NCBI GenBank assembly: GCA_001724245.1
Contig: MEDX01000002.1
Span: 1 to 64,000, forward strand
Direction of reading: 5' to 3'
Length of the DNA stretch: 64,000 nucleotides
Source: Fonticula-like sp. SCN 57-25
Lineage: Eukaryota
In this document: positions 26,575 through 38,129 of the stretch, in pieces
How the letters are laid out: each line of letters starts with the position of its first letter
Numbering within the stretch: position 1 is the stretch's first letter
Translations under genes and position numbers: made by a program
The notes under the pieces: model-generated
What the model saw: only the letters and a program-made list of their open reading frames with translations
What the model was told of the DNA's origin: nothing
Database searches by the model: none

Positions 26575-27596
26575 ATGGCGGGCGAGCAGTCGGGCGCGCA
26601 ATGCTTTTTTGCGCAGGGGTTTGTGCTGCAGCCGGTGCTCTCGCACGCGGCCACCAAGGCGCTCCTGGATAGGGCGTTTGAGGCGTTCCCTGATGACCCG
26701 ACGCGTGGCCGGGGGGTTGAGGCGACGGTGCGCGCGCTCAATGAGAGCCTCGAGCAGGTGTCGATGCGCATCGTGAGCGTCACCGAGGACAATGGCGAAT
26801 CATTCTACGCATTCGTGCGTGAAAAGTAAATGAAAAAAACGTGCGCTGACGAGTGTGAATTAGGTGAATGAGAATGATGATGAGCTTGCGCAGCTCGCCA
26901 CCGAGCTCGATGCCCGCGAGATCAACTTTATCAAGCGCTGCGTACGTCTCTTTATTTTCTTATATCAATACAAGTGTATTTAGTCTTCTACTTGTTATCT
27001 AGATTGAGTTGATTGTGAATAGTTCGAATGACGCGTTCGAGTGCTCTTCGACGACGCTTCTCAATGAGGCGATCTCGCGTGAGCATGCCATCACGCGCGC
27101 CGACGCTGACGCCCTCCTCGGCCGCCTCGATCGTGAGCGCTGGCTGCACAAGGACTCGCGCGGCTACTACTCGCTCGGCGTGCGCGCCGTCGCCGAGCTC
27201 AAGCAGTACCTCAAGGATGAGTTCCCGGATCAGATGCGCGACTGTGCGCTGTGCCACGATGCCGTGTGCCGCGGCGAGACGTGCGAGCAGCCAGAGTGCA
27301 TGACGCGGCTGCACGCGCGCTGCCGATTCCGCCGCCACAGGAGCACGGAAGCAAAGTGCCCGACATGCGGCGCCGTCTGGCCCAACCAGGTGCGACTCTG
27401 ATCTGATGCCGATGCTGATGGCTAAACACTGATGCAGGATCCCGTGGCGCTCGTGCAGGAGGCTCGCGAGGAAAGTACGCGCGCAGCGGCGGTTGCGTCG
27501 TCGTCGTCGGCCGCGTCGTCGTCGTCGAGGCGCGCGGCGGAAGAGCCCGCAGAGGAGCCGCGCGCATCTCGCCGCTCGAGACGCGATGCCGCGTAG
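26575..27596 (+). CDS. NSE1: Smc5/6 complex subunit Nse1, 3 introns
   Basis: Winged-helix part (LGRLDRERWL..GYYSLGVRAVAELKQYL) plus C-terminal RING-like CALCHD..C..C..RLH.RC...KCPTC. Confidence 0.88.
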
Positions 27597-27702
27597 CGAT
27601 CTGCCTTTGGGCAAGAATGAACATAATTCGGCAGAGTTGTACTATATTACAATATACAGACCATAGTTTATACACACTACAGTTTTATAATTGAATTTAA
27701 CG

Positions 27703-28136
27703 TCACCGGAAAAGCTTGAGCTTTTTCAAAACGGTTCCGAATTCGGGCTTTGGGTACGGCTTGGTGGCGATGGCCGTCGGGACGTTCTCGGGCAGCTCGA
27801 GCCACCGGACAAAGTCGAGCCCCGCGGCATCGAGCGAGCTGGCGACGTCCAGCAGCTCGGCCTCGTCCTTGGCGGCGAGCACGACCTTGTGCATGCGGCC
27901 GAGATCGTTCGTGTACGCGGCGACATTGGGATCGTCGCGGAACTTCCACATGACTGCCGACGCGGCATGCGCGCCCTGCGCAATCATCGAGCCGAACGGC
28001 CAGTTGTGCGGCGCCTACGCATAACACGTGTCAGCAGCAAAAATGTGACCAGTATTGAGCGTACCTTGATGAGATCCGACCGCACAACGACGTACATTAC
28101 GTACGGCTCGATGGCCGTGATCGCCTGCTGTGCCAT
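27703..28136 (-). CDS. PTRHD1: Putative peptidyl-tRNA hydrolase 2 domain protein, 1 intron
   Basis: MYVVVRSDL, WPFGSMIAQGAHA, MHKVVL, WLELPENVPTAIATKPYPK. Confidence 0.92.
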
Positions 28137-28319
28137 GTCACTGGAAGATGCAAACTGAAATCAGATTGCACACTGATGCACAATGCATACATGGGCATGG
28201 CGTGGTTGATGGGATTGGATTGGCGTTTGTCCACATGATCTCGTCAATTCAGCATAACTAATAACCGGTGGTATATTGCACGCATAGATTAATACAACTA
28301 AATAAGAGATAAAATGTAA

Positions 28320-31054
28320 CTAGAGCTGGTCATCTCCGATGGCGAACACGGTCACATCGTCATCATCGCTATGACGCACATTCAAGATTAGCCCCCACAA
28401 AAAACAGATCAAGCAACGCGTACTCGTCCGCCGCGACCGACGTGTACTTGCTCTTCTTCCCTCCCTTCGCGCCCGCCCTCTTTGTCGCCCTCGACCGTCT
28501 CCGATTCCGAATCCACATGAATCCGATTCCCGCCAACGCGACCGCGGCAAACATCGACACGACGATCACCGTCTGCATCGCCAGCCACTGATCACCCAGC
28601 TCTTCCACCGGCGCCGTCGGCAGTCCAACGTACTCGTACGGCGACATGAGCGCGACGAACGCGCCGCGCTGCGCAAAGTCGGCGGTCGCGCCGATCCCCG
28701 GCAGGTCGAGGCTGGCGCCCTCGAGCGAGCCGCCCACGTGCACGTACGACTGGAAGGTGGACATGGAAAAGACGGCGGCGTCGGCGGCGCCTTCAAAGAG
28801 GGCGTTGAGGTAGAGCGGCTCGCCAGAGTCCTGGAAGGAGACGAGGAAGGCTTTGGGGGCAGCAGAGGGGTCAAAGAAGGACAGCGAACTAGGAAGGGGT
28901 TAGAATGGAAAGAAGTAGAAAGGGAAAGTGGCAAAGAGAGGCAAAAACATGCCAATAACATGCAAAAAGTATAGAAAAATATACATGTACAACATACACA
29001 TGTTCATCAACATGTTCATCATCATACATACATGTACATCAACATACACATGTACATCAACATACATACATACATGTTCATCATCATACCATGTACAACA
29101 TACATACATGTACATCAACATACATGAACATACATGTACACCATACTTGCCTTCATCATCATACCATGTACACCATACCATGTACACCATACCTATCATC
29201 ATACACATATACATTTCCATACACCATACACCACACAACATACATAACATATCTCCTACTAAATCCCTTATATTCCACGCACCCAGCCGATGTCTTTTCC
29301 GTTGCCGGCCCCGTAATCATCACATTCGTCCCATTCGACGCAATAAACAGCGGGTGGCCCTCATCAACCACCCCCACTCCAGCCACCGCGCTCCCATAAA
29401 CAAGCGACCCATCAGCCGACAGAGCAACGACTAGCACACATGGCGGCAAAGTACAAGAAAAGGCCGCCGTCGGAGATGAAGCAGTGCCAGAAAAGGCTCC
29501 GACGGCGACAACTGTTTCAGAGCCAGAAGACGAAACTAGAGAGGAAAGCTCGTGGGATTGGGCCACGTGGTCAAGGGAAATGTCAAAATGCCACGTGACA
29601 GTGGCGGTGAGGGCCACGTGGTCGAGGATGAGTTTGAGGGTGGTTTGTTTGGGGGTGCCTTTTAGGGTGGCAAAGCCGGTGGCGTAGAAGGTGTCGGGGG
29701 AAGATGAAGGTCTAATAGGGGGTTAATATAGAAGAAAGAGAGTATTTATAGGCATATCAATAGAGACATATCAATAAAGAGTGTCATTCCATAAAGACAT
29801 ATCAATAGAGCATGTGATTGTAAATCACATCAATAGATGTGTCATCCATAGAGACATCAGTAAAGTAAATCATCCATAGAGGAAATTTCATCAATAGAAA
29901 TTGCTATTCCATTTCAATAAAAGTGACTTTTTAACACACTAAAAGTGATAATTTTCCATTAAAAGTGTCCTTTTTCACCCTTAAAAGTGACTTTTCCCTC
30001 GATAAAAATGTCCCTTTTCTGACTCTTCCCAATCCCAATTCGTACTCTGCCGCGGTCAAAAATAGGTCCGTTGCGTTGAAATGATCGGGAAAGACGAGCT
30101 CGTAAAGGACAAATGCCTTGCCGCTGTCCGTTGAGGGGCGAAGAACGCCGACGAGCGAGCCGAAACCGTTCGAGGAGGCGGAGCTGCCGCCGACGCTGTA
30201 CGCGCGGTCAAGGTAGGGGCCAACAAGGACGATCGAGGCGTCGGCGGTCACAATCATGCTCGTGTGAGGGCTGAGAAGGAAATGGGTGAGAAAAGCGGAA
30301 AAAATGGTGTGAAAAATGGGGTGAAAAGAGGCGAAAAGTGTGCAAAAAGTCATACAAAGTGTCAGGAAAGTGACACAAAAGAGCATAAAAAGTGTCAAAA
30401 TGAGCAAAAAAGCAACAAAATTGCCTTTACACATAACAAATAAACTCAAGAAAGCGCCACAAAACATGCTACATAGTATAAACGAAACACATTCGCCGCC
30501 GCCGCTTTCCAACGTACTTCATGGCCTGTGCGGCGGTGTCCCACCCGCCGACGATCATGGCGAGCGCCTGCGACTTTCCGTCGAGCCCGACCGCCGCGAC
30601 AAAGTAAAAGACCGTGTCGGTCGTGTTGAGCTCCGCCGGCACGGTCGGGGTGAGCTTTGTGGTGGCGCCGGTCGTGTCGGTCATCAGGAGGTCGCCCGAT
30701 TTCCACGAGCCGACCGCCCACGCCCAGAGGCGCTCGCGATCGTAGCGAATGTCAAAGACATCGACGCCGGTGCCGCTCAGGCGCGCCGACCAGGTTGCCT
30801 GGCCGTCGCGGTAGGAGGAGAGCTCGGCGTATTCGCCGGCATCGCTCACGCGCGCGGCGGCAATCGTGTCATCGGCCTGCAGGATGGCCGTGGCCGTTAT
30901 GCGCGATCCAGTACCAACGGCCGAGATGTGATAGAAAACTGAAAGAAACCGGTTAGCGACATTGGTGCAAGTGGGTATTCAGCGCACTTTCGTCGGCGAG
31001 CACGAGGCCGCACGACAGCAGCAGCAAAAGCGCAACCGGCAGTGCGGCGCGCAT
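28320..31054 (-). CDS. Uncharacterised single-pass surface protein with beta-strand-rich ectodomain, about 5 introns
   Basis: Signal peptide MRAALPVALLLLLSCGLVLA; TM VIVVSMFAAVALAGIGFMWI; basic stop-transfer; acidic tail ending SDDDDVTVFAIGDDQL*. Confidence 0.7.
28960..29255. repeat. Intronic island (CATACATGTACA)
   Basis: Visible degenerate tandem words. Confidence 0.88.
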
Positions 31055-31275
31055 GCCAGACGGACCCCTCACGGAAGAAGCTGACGTCATCACGGAACTG
31101 AATAATCCCGCTTCCGCCTCAGCGGATATAAACGCGACTAGAGCTGACTATACGAAATTAGACGCTAAAGTGAAAGTATTAGAATAGCAAACGATAAAAG
31201 AGTATATTGCAGGTCATTGTACTACAGCGTCACTTTATAATGCATTTTTCTACTATGTATGGGATGCTGGATCTA

Positions 31276-31685
31276 CCTTGTGGCAGAGATGTTACCCGTG
31301 ACTGGATTTATCAACCCGGGTAAAAGTCGTGTCAGCATATTTTGAGGGATTAGGGTCTTCCGATACATCATACAAATGCCGTTAGATGCGAGAGGGTCCA
31401 TTATTTCTCTTTTCATTCCCTAGTTCATTCAAGCTAGTCTGCAAGCTACAGCTTTATTACTGCGCGCTCGATTGAGTTTCGGCATACAAACCATATTCCA
31501 TCACCTGTGACCTGCCACCCTCCACATTTGCCGCCTGGAATTGCCTATTCAGGTAGAGGAATCATTATGATTGACTGTTTGGCAATAATTGTAATTTACC
31601 CGGGTCACCTTAGGGTAATTTTAACCCGGGTAAATTTCGCGCGACCCGGGTAACCGGCCTACCCGGGTAGCACAAGGCTTGTGCT
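31276..31685. mobile_element. Probable non-autonomous DNA transposon (MITE-like) with ACCCGGGT subterminal palindromes
   Basis: ACCCGGGT at 31314, 31598, 31624, 31644 and 31661; CCTTGTG (31276) and CACAAGG (31671) inverted ends; no clear TSD. Confidence 0.45.
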
Positions 31686-31719
31686 CATGCACGCGCCATT
31701 AAAAAAAAAGGTGCTAACC

Positions 31720-32789
31720 CATTTCATGTCAAAACCCCTCCACCAGCATATCCCGAATGGGTCGCGGAAAAGCGCAAACCTGGATCGGTAAGACAGCCGG
31801 ATATGCCGAGGGCGACCGACTTGAACCTTAGCAGCAACGCACCAGCAAAGATAGCTGTGTCGCAGTTAAAAGACACGCTGCTAGGTCTGATGAAAAAGTA
31901 TCCAGAGGTCGTTTTAATTCCTATTGGATCAGGCCGTTGCGCTCGCCGCCCACGGAGGAGACGCCCGTCCCAGACACGATGACGCAGGCGGTGGTGGCTG
32001 CATTGCAGCAACTAGGGTTCCGCGGAAACCGCCCGAACCGGCAGGCGCCCAAGTCTCGCGGTCCACGCCGTTTCAACGGCACCTGCTGGGCATGTGGAAA
32101 ACCAGGCCACCGCGAGAGCGAGTGCCGCCAGCAGGGCTCCGCCAGCAAGGCGCATGTAACCCAATATAGCAAGACCAGCTATTATTTGCCCGTTGCCAAC
32201 TCAGAACAAGTCCAGACGATCAGCAAAGTGCTGAGCGTCGTCCAGTCGTCGACGACCTCACGAGCCCCGTGGCTACAAGCCACCGTCCAGTTCGCAAACA
32301 CTCCAGCGCGGGGATTGACCGCATTAGTAGATACGGGCGCCGTCATCTCGTGTGTCTCCGCCGAGTTTGCAGATGCCGCAGGTTGGCAACTGCGAGAACC
32401 CATTCGAGTCCTTGGCAAAGTGAAGCTGTCGCTACGAGTTCCGCGTCGAAAGCCATGGCAGCATTCTTTTGTGGTAGTGGACGGCCTCATATGCAACGTC
32501 CTCGTCGGCTTTTTTTTTAATAGCGAAGACGGGCGCTGTCGTCGACCTCAAGCGCGCCGTGTTTCGTTTCGGCCGTACGACCGTGCCTTTCACTAAATGC
32601 AACCGGCGAGAGTCGACGACGGAGGCAAAGGCGGCAGCCATCACGGCACCGCCCTGTCACACTATGACGACTCTAGAGTACGACCATCCCCTTTTCGGTG
32701 AGGACTGGATGCGCCGGACTATAAAGTTTTTCCGCGCCGAGGGGGCTATTTGCGACAAATGTGCCGGCATCGTAACTATCACAAACTAA
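31720..32789 (+). mobile_element. Degenerate LTR retrotransposon fragment, Ty3/gypsy-like: gag zinc knuckle, aspartic protease, possible integrase Zn remnant
   Basis: CWACGKPGHRESEC (CCHC), ALVDTGAVISCVS (retropepsin), frameshift near 32510; no RT and no LTR pair seen. Confidence 0.85.
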
Positions 32790-32800
32790 AAAAAATAAAA

Positions 32801-34869
32801 CTACAAGGCATACACCTTCTACTCCACCTTGACGTGCTGCGCTGCCCTCTTGCGGTACACCCACCACTGCACGAGAAAGATGACAAACACAATGTCATCC
32901 CGGAACACCGACAGCCTGTGCAGCATCGGCATCGGGATCACAAACGAAAACAAATCATCGACGACCGTATTGAGCAGCCTATACACAAACATCTTTTCTT
33001 ATACATTAGCACATATTATAACATCTCATTTGGCCAGTTTTTAAGCAGTAAAGGCGCGTACCCTCAAAGGCATGTGCTCGACGGACTTTAACTTGTAGTT
33101 TATAAAGAGCTGCGGTGTCATTGTGATAAAGCCAAAGGCGTAGACCCAGCTGGCGGCAGTGGCGAGTGCGAAAGAGTACCAGCCGGCGTGCTCATGGTAG
33201 ACAAGCGAGTAGGCAGTGTAGCCAATGAGGAGAGGGAACAGAACCCAGCCAAGGTACCACTGCGGAGAAGCATAATAAGCATCAAAAGAAACACAAGATC
33301 AGCAAGATGTACATCAAAAATGCATCAAAATAACACACAATAGCACACAGTAGTCACGAAAAACATCACAAAAAGACATTTCTGCGTACGAAAGCGTCCT
33401 TGTCTGCCTGCTCAGTCACCTTTTCCATCTCTGTCTTTTCCCTCACTGCCTCACCTTCTCCACCCTCCACACCCTTTTGCAATACCACAACCCTTCTCAA
33501 CTTCCACACTGTCATCACTACCGACGCCACGCTCCCTCCAAGTACAAGTGCCGACGCCCCACTGTCAAGCAGAAAGAGTGACACGACAGATCCGCAAACA
33601 AGTTGCACGACAAGTGAGCGAGGTGAAAGACCGGCAAGGTCGGAGCGACCGCGCCAAAAGTCAACGTCGGCCTTGAGGGCGAGAAGGTCAAACATGGCGT
33701 GGAGGAGTGACACGACAAGGACAGTCGTGGCAAGTGTGAAATTCGTCTCTGTTAAAGTAAAAAGTGAGACCAATTTTAAGGCAAAAGAGTGAAGCAAGTT
33801 CATAGATAAGCACAAGCACATACACATACACATACTCATACAACACACATGCTCACCTTACACATTTCCATCAACCATGAATACATATTTAATTGCATAC
33901 CAGTAAAGATTCTCCTGACGTTGTCGAGTTCTTCCGTGCCAAACATCCCTTCCAACAATCCAAACGATGACTCGGCCATTGCCGCCACGCGAAGCCACCC
34001 CAGCATCCCCCTTGTCACCCGCACATCTAGCGGGTAGGCTTCCACCGTCCCATTCACTGGCAAAACTGCGTCGCTCCTTACCCACAGTTCGTCAATTAAA
34101 AGTGCAGGCAAGTATGTTCCTTGAGGGGTCACTTTGAGGGCGCGGCCAAGGTCGCTGCCGAGCATGCGGTGGGCATTGTAGACGGAGCCGTCATTGGAAA
34201 AGCGGAGGACAAGGCGGGGTTTCCAGTGTGTCACGGGTGGCAGGTCGGGATCTTCCACTGTCGTGTTGGCGGCAGCAGAAGATCCAGTAAGGAGTGCTGA
34301 TGTCGACTTTATGGTTTTGGGGACCTGCCAGCGGGTCAGCGGGCGCCACGCGCGGACCTATCAAAAGGCTCAGTTTGTGCAAGCGGTCAATGGAAAAAGG
34401 CGTACGCAGGAGTGCTCGGCGGCGGTGAGTGGGTTGTGGCCTCCACGGCAGACAAAGGCGTGCGCGTTGTATGTGCCGTTGTTGAGGACGGAAGAAGGCA
34501 GTGTAACGTTGATAGAGCGCTCAAAGCCGTCGGCAAAGTTTGACTCGTGGAGAAGAAGATCGTCCTGGGAGATGTCAGTGATGTACTGGGCAGCGGGGCG
34601 CACATTGGTCAGATGGGGAGGGCGGGGCGAGGCAGGCATGCCAAAGATGTACAGGTCGACCGGCGCGTTGACATCCCACGCGGGCTTGATGACAACAGTG
34701 TCTAGTGCACGTTAGACAAACTACTTGTGCGTTGCTTCGTACCTGAGCGCGACGCGAGCGAGTCGGGGAAAAAGATATTGTACGCCGTGTGCGCGATCGT
34801 CACGGCATAGGCCGCAAAGGCGCCCACCACCACAAGGGTGAACAGCGACGCGCACGAGCACAGCCGCAT
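32801..34869 (-). CDS. CLPTM1: CLPTM1-family multi-pass ER protein, about 6 introns
   Basis: PVTHWKPRL, YLPALLIDELW, LHAMFDLLALKADVDFW, AFGFITMTPQLFINYKLKSVEHMP, NTVVDDLFSFVIPMPMLHRLSVFRDDIVF. Confidence 0.92.
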
Positions 34870-35001
34870 CGCTCAAGCGTCAGCACGTCGTGCTATGCTC
34901 GTGCAGCTACGTGGTGCTACAAAAAGTGTGCTCCGTCCGGCCGTCTCTGCGCTGGAACTGTTTACGTCTGAATCTGGGGCAGACTGTCAGCGTTTGACAA
35001 G

Positions 35002-37264
35002 ATGTCGCTCAAGCGCGCGCGCGATGACGACTCGTCGAGCGGCCGCGATGCACCGCCGAGTGCATCTCAGGCGTCGTCGGACCCGCGGCCCGTGTGCTAT
35101 TATGACCCCGGATGCACGCGGCAAAACTTGATGCATTTCGCGGATTTCCGGCATCCCGCGCTCGAAGCGCAACAGGCGCGCGAACTCGGGCTTGCCGATC
35201 ATGTTGACGCGCGCCCTTCGGCATCGAATGAGCCGATAGACGTTGACGCGCTTCCCTCAAGCAAGCCTACGGCGAGCGCGAGCAGCACACCAAACGCCCG
35301 AACTGTCTTTGTGTTTCGCCTCAATCGCGTCCGGCTTGTGCCTGCTTCAGCCAACGCCGATACATGGTCGATCCAGGTTCGCCGAGCGGCATCCCCTTGT
35401 ATCATTCTCTCTTTACTGACCAATATGCCTTTCCAGGATTTGATACACGGCGACATTGACGAAGCGATTCTGAGCAACTTTGAAGTCGATCTCGCCTGGC
35501 TCTACGATCGCGTCCCCCTTCTCCGCCGCATCCGCAAAGTAACTCTCCTTCACGGCCTCGGCCAGGACGGCGCCGCCCACCTCGAGCGCACGCGCGCCCC
35601 TAACATGACACTCTACGCCCCTCAGCCTCTCCCCTACGGCACGCACCACTCCAAGGTGATCCTTCTCGTGTACGCCGCCGGCATCCGCGTCGTCGTCTGC
35701 ACGGCCAACTTTGTAGAGTCCGACTGGGAATTAAAGACAGAAGCAATTTGGGCGCAGGATTTCCCGCGCAAAACTGACATGAACGCCGCCGAATCGTCTT
35801 TTGAACGCGACCTCGTGGCCTATTTTCGCGCCACGCGCTCTTTTGACACGTCAATTCTGCGTCGATTCGACTATAGTCGCGCCACCGCCGAGCTGGTACA
35901 AACTAGACATTACATATAATTTTGCCACGTGGATGCTAAAGTAGACTTTTCTTTAGGTCGGGTCGACGCCAGGTACCCACGTGGCCGAGTATAAGAACAT
36001 GTGGGGCCACGCCAAGCTTCGTCAGCTGCTCGCGCGGGAAACAGTCCCGGCCGAATTTTCCCGCGGTACGTCTCTTTTTCGCCCCTTTTTAATACCAGAA
36101 ATTGTCTCACGCATAACAGCGCCCGTTGTGTGTCAATTTTCGTCTCTCGGAGCACTGACCGAAAAGTGGATCGACGAGATGCTCGCATCGTTCACGGCCG
36201 GCGCAGGATCACTTCCATCAAGGTACGAAATGTCTCTGATTGGCTGATTCTGACAGCCCTGTCACAGCCCTGTACGCATGCAACTTGTCTTTCCGACCGT
36301 GGAAAGTGTCCGTTGTTCAACTGAAGGGTATTTGGGTGGCTGCTCTATTCCGGTGCAGAGCAAGAATCACAAGCCATTCATGCGCGCATTCAGGGGGGTA
36401 CGTGGCCACGTGGACGACTGTGTCACGTGGATGATATGATTGTGTAGATGATATATTTGTCTTGTTTATGTAGATATATTCTCTATCTATTCATATCTAT
36501 CTCGTCCATGTAGATATCTATGTCTTTTGACCATATTTGTGTGATATACACATGATAGATATACATCCCTCTATCCACGTGGACATATGTAGATATATTT
36601 CTCTATCATGTTTTCTCTTCTCTTACCACGTGGCCACTGACTTCCTTATTAGGCCGACATGTATCATCACTGGGACGGCGGCGACGGCACTATTGGCGGC
36701 GCCCAACACCGCGCCCGCAGTTTACCCCATATCAAAACATATACACGCTTCTCCCCTACCCACCCCAACCACGTGGCCTACGCCCTTGTAACATCAAGTA
36801 ATCTCAGCAAGGCCGCGTGGGGCGAACTTCAAAAGAATAATTCACAGCTCTCTATTCGATCATATGAGTTGGGCGTGCTTATTCATCCAAAGAGATTTGC
36901 TGACAATATTGGCGCGCTTTCTTTTTCATTGACACGTGACCGGCCGCTTTTTCCCACGTGGTTGGAAGGGTTAACTGCCAATGACATCGAAGAAGGCATG
37001 TTTACTGCTGCTGATATGGGTCAAGGTACAATATGTGGTCACGTGAGAAAAGGTAATACTGACCACGTGGATATAGGTACATCATCATCATCATCGTCGT
37101 CATCTGGCCACGTGGGTAAGGTGAGGTTGATTGCGCCGTTTCCTTATTCGCTGCCGCCGAGGCCGTATTTGGCGGGAGATGTGCCGTGGGCAGTTGATGC
37201 GATATATGAAAGGGCGGATGCGAGGGGGAAAAAATGGCCACAAGCATTGCAGGAAATGATGTGA
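35002..37264 (+). CDS. TDP1: Tyrosyl-DNA phosphodiesterase 1 with N-terminal PBZ zinc finger, 5 introns
   Basis: Two HKN motifs (GTHHSK..TAN; PHIKTY..SSNLSKAAWG), IRSYELGV; CYYDPGCTRQNLMHFADFRH PBZ. Confidence 0.95.
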
Positions 37265-37436
37265 ACGTGAATAATTATATTGTATAATGAAGTAGATAAT
37301 AAAGATATGTGGTATGTATTGTACAACTACTATGGATATTAACACGGATCTCGGGGACCATTCAATGGAAAAGGATATTACTCAAAGGAAAAGTGTCTTT
37401 CTGGCACAAACAACAAGACATATTGTACATTATAAC

Positions 37437-38071
37437 TTAGGAGAGGCCGACGGCCAAGCCGACAATGAGGCTCACGATGATGGCAAAGGGAAGCCACGTG
37501 CGCAAAAAGCCCGACACACTACAGAAAGTCAGTCAACAACACACACTTTCCTTTTCGTACCCAGTGTAGCTGCCCATGAAGAACATGCCGAATGCGAGAA
37601 TCACCATATTCCACCGCCCAAAGTTGTTGTAGCGCATCGCATTAAGGCAGTGAGCCACGTGGTTGTGGCAGTTGTCCCAGCACAGGATGTGCTGCGGCAT
37701 GTGTCAGCACTGATGCCTGCCCCGCATCAAAATAGACGCACCATGCGCTTGTTGTAGACATCCTTGCCCTGCATCACGGCAGAGTCCCACTCTTCGCCGC
37801 GAATCTTGCTTGTGTCGAGCTGCCAGTAGCGAGCCGGCGGGCCAAGCATCATGTCGCCGACGCCGACATGATACGGGCCCTGAAAGTCGGTGATCACGCC
37901 GGTCGACGTCGCGATGCCAATATGGCCAATAAACGGAAGCAGCCACCTAAACAATAAAATAATCAATTTCACTCTTTGTTTTTCTCGTGCGCACGTTATT
38001 AAGGGAAGCGGAGTCCACACGAGCGCGTAGCGGAAGCGCGGGTCGCCCGCCATCCGGCCCTGCTCGATCAT
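37437..38071 (-). CDS. TMEM222: TMEM222/RTE1-family membrane protein, 3 introns
   Basis: [44 protein letters not shown]. Confidence 0.92.
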
Positions 38072-38129
38072 GGCGGTCAACAGATGCAAACTGCAAACTG
38101 ACTCGCATCGCAAACTGCAAACTGGCGTC
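38072..38129. promoter_or_regulatory. 58-bp bidirectional promoter between TMEM222 and PDF, with 4 x GCAAACT
   Basis: GCAAACT at 38086, 38093, 38110 and 38117 between divergent ATGs. Confidence 0.6.

Noticed and set aside
31608-31618. TTAGGG as an interstitial telomere
   Set aside because: Single copy only
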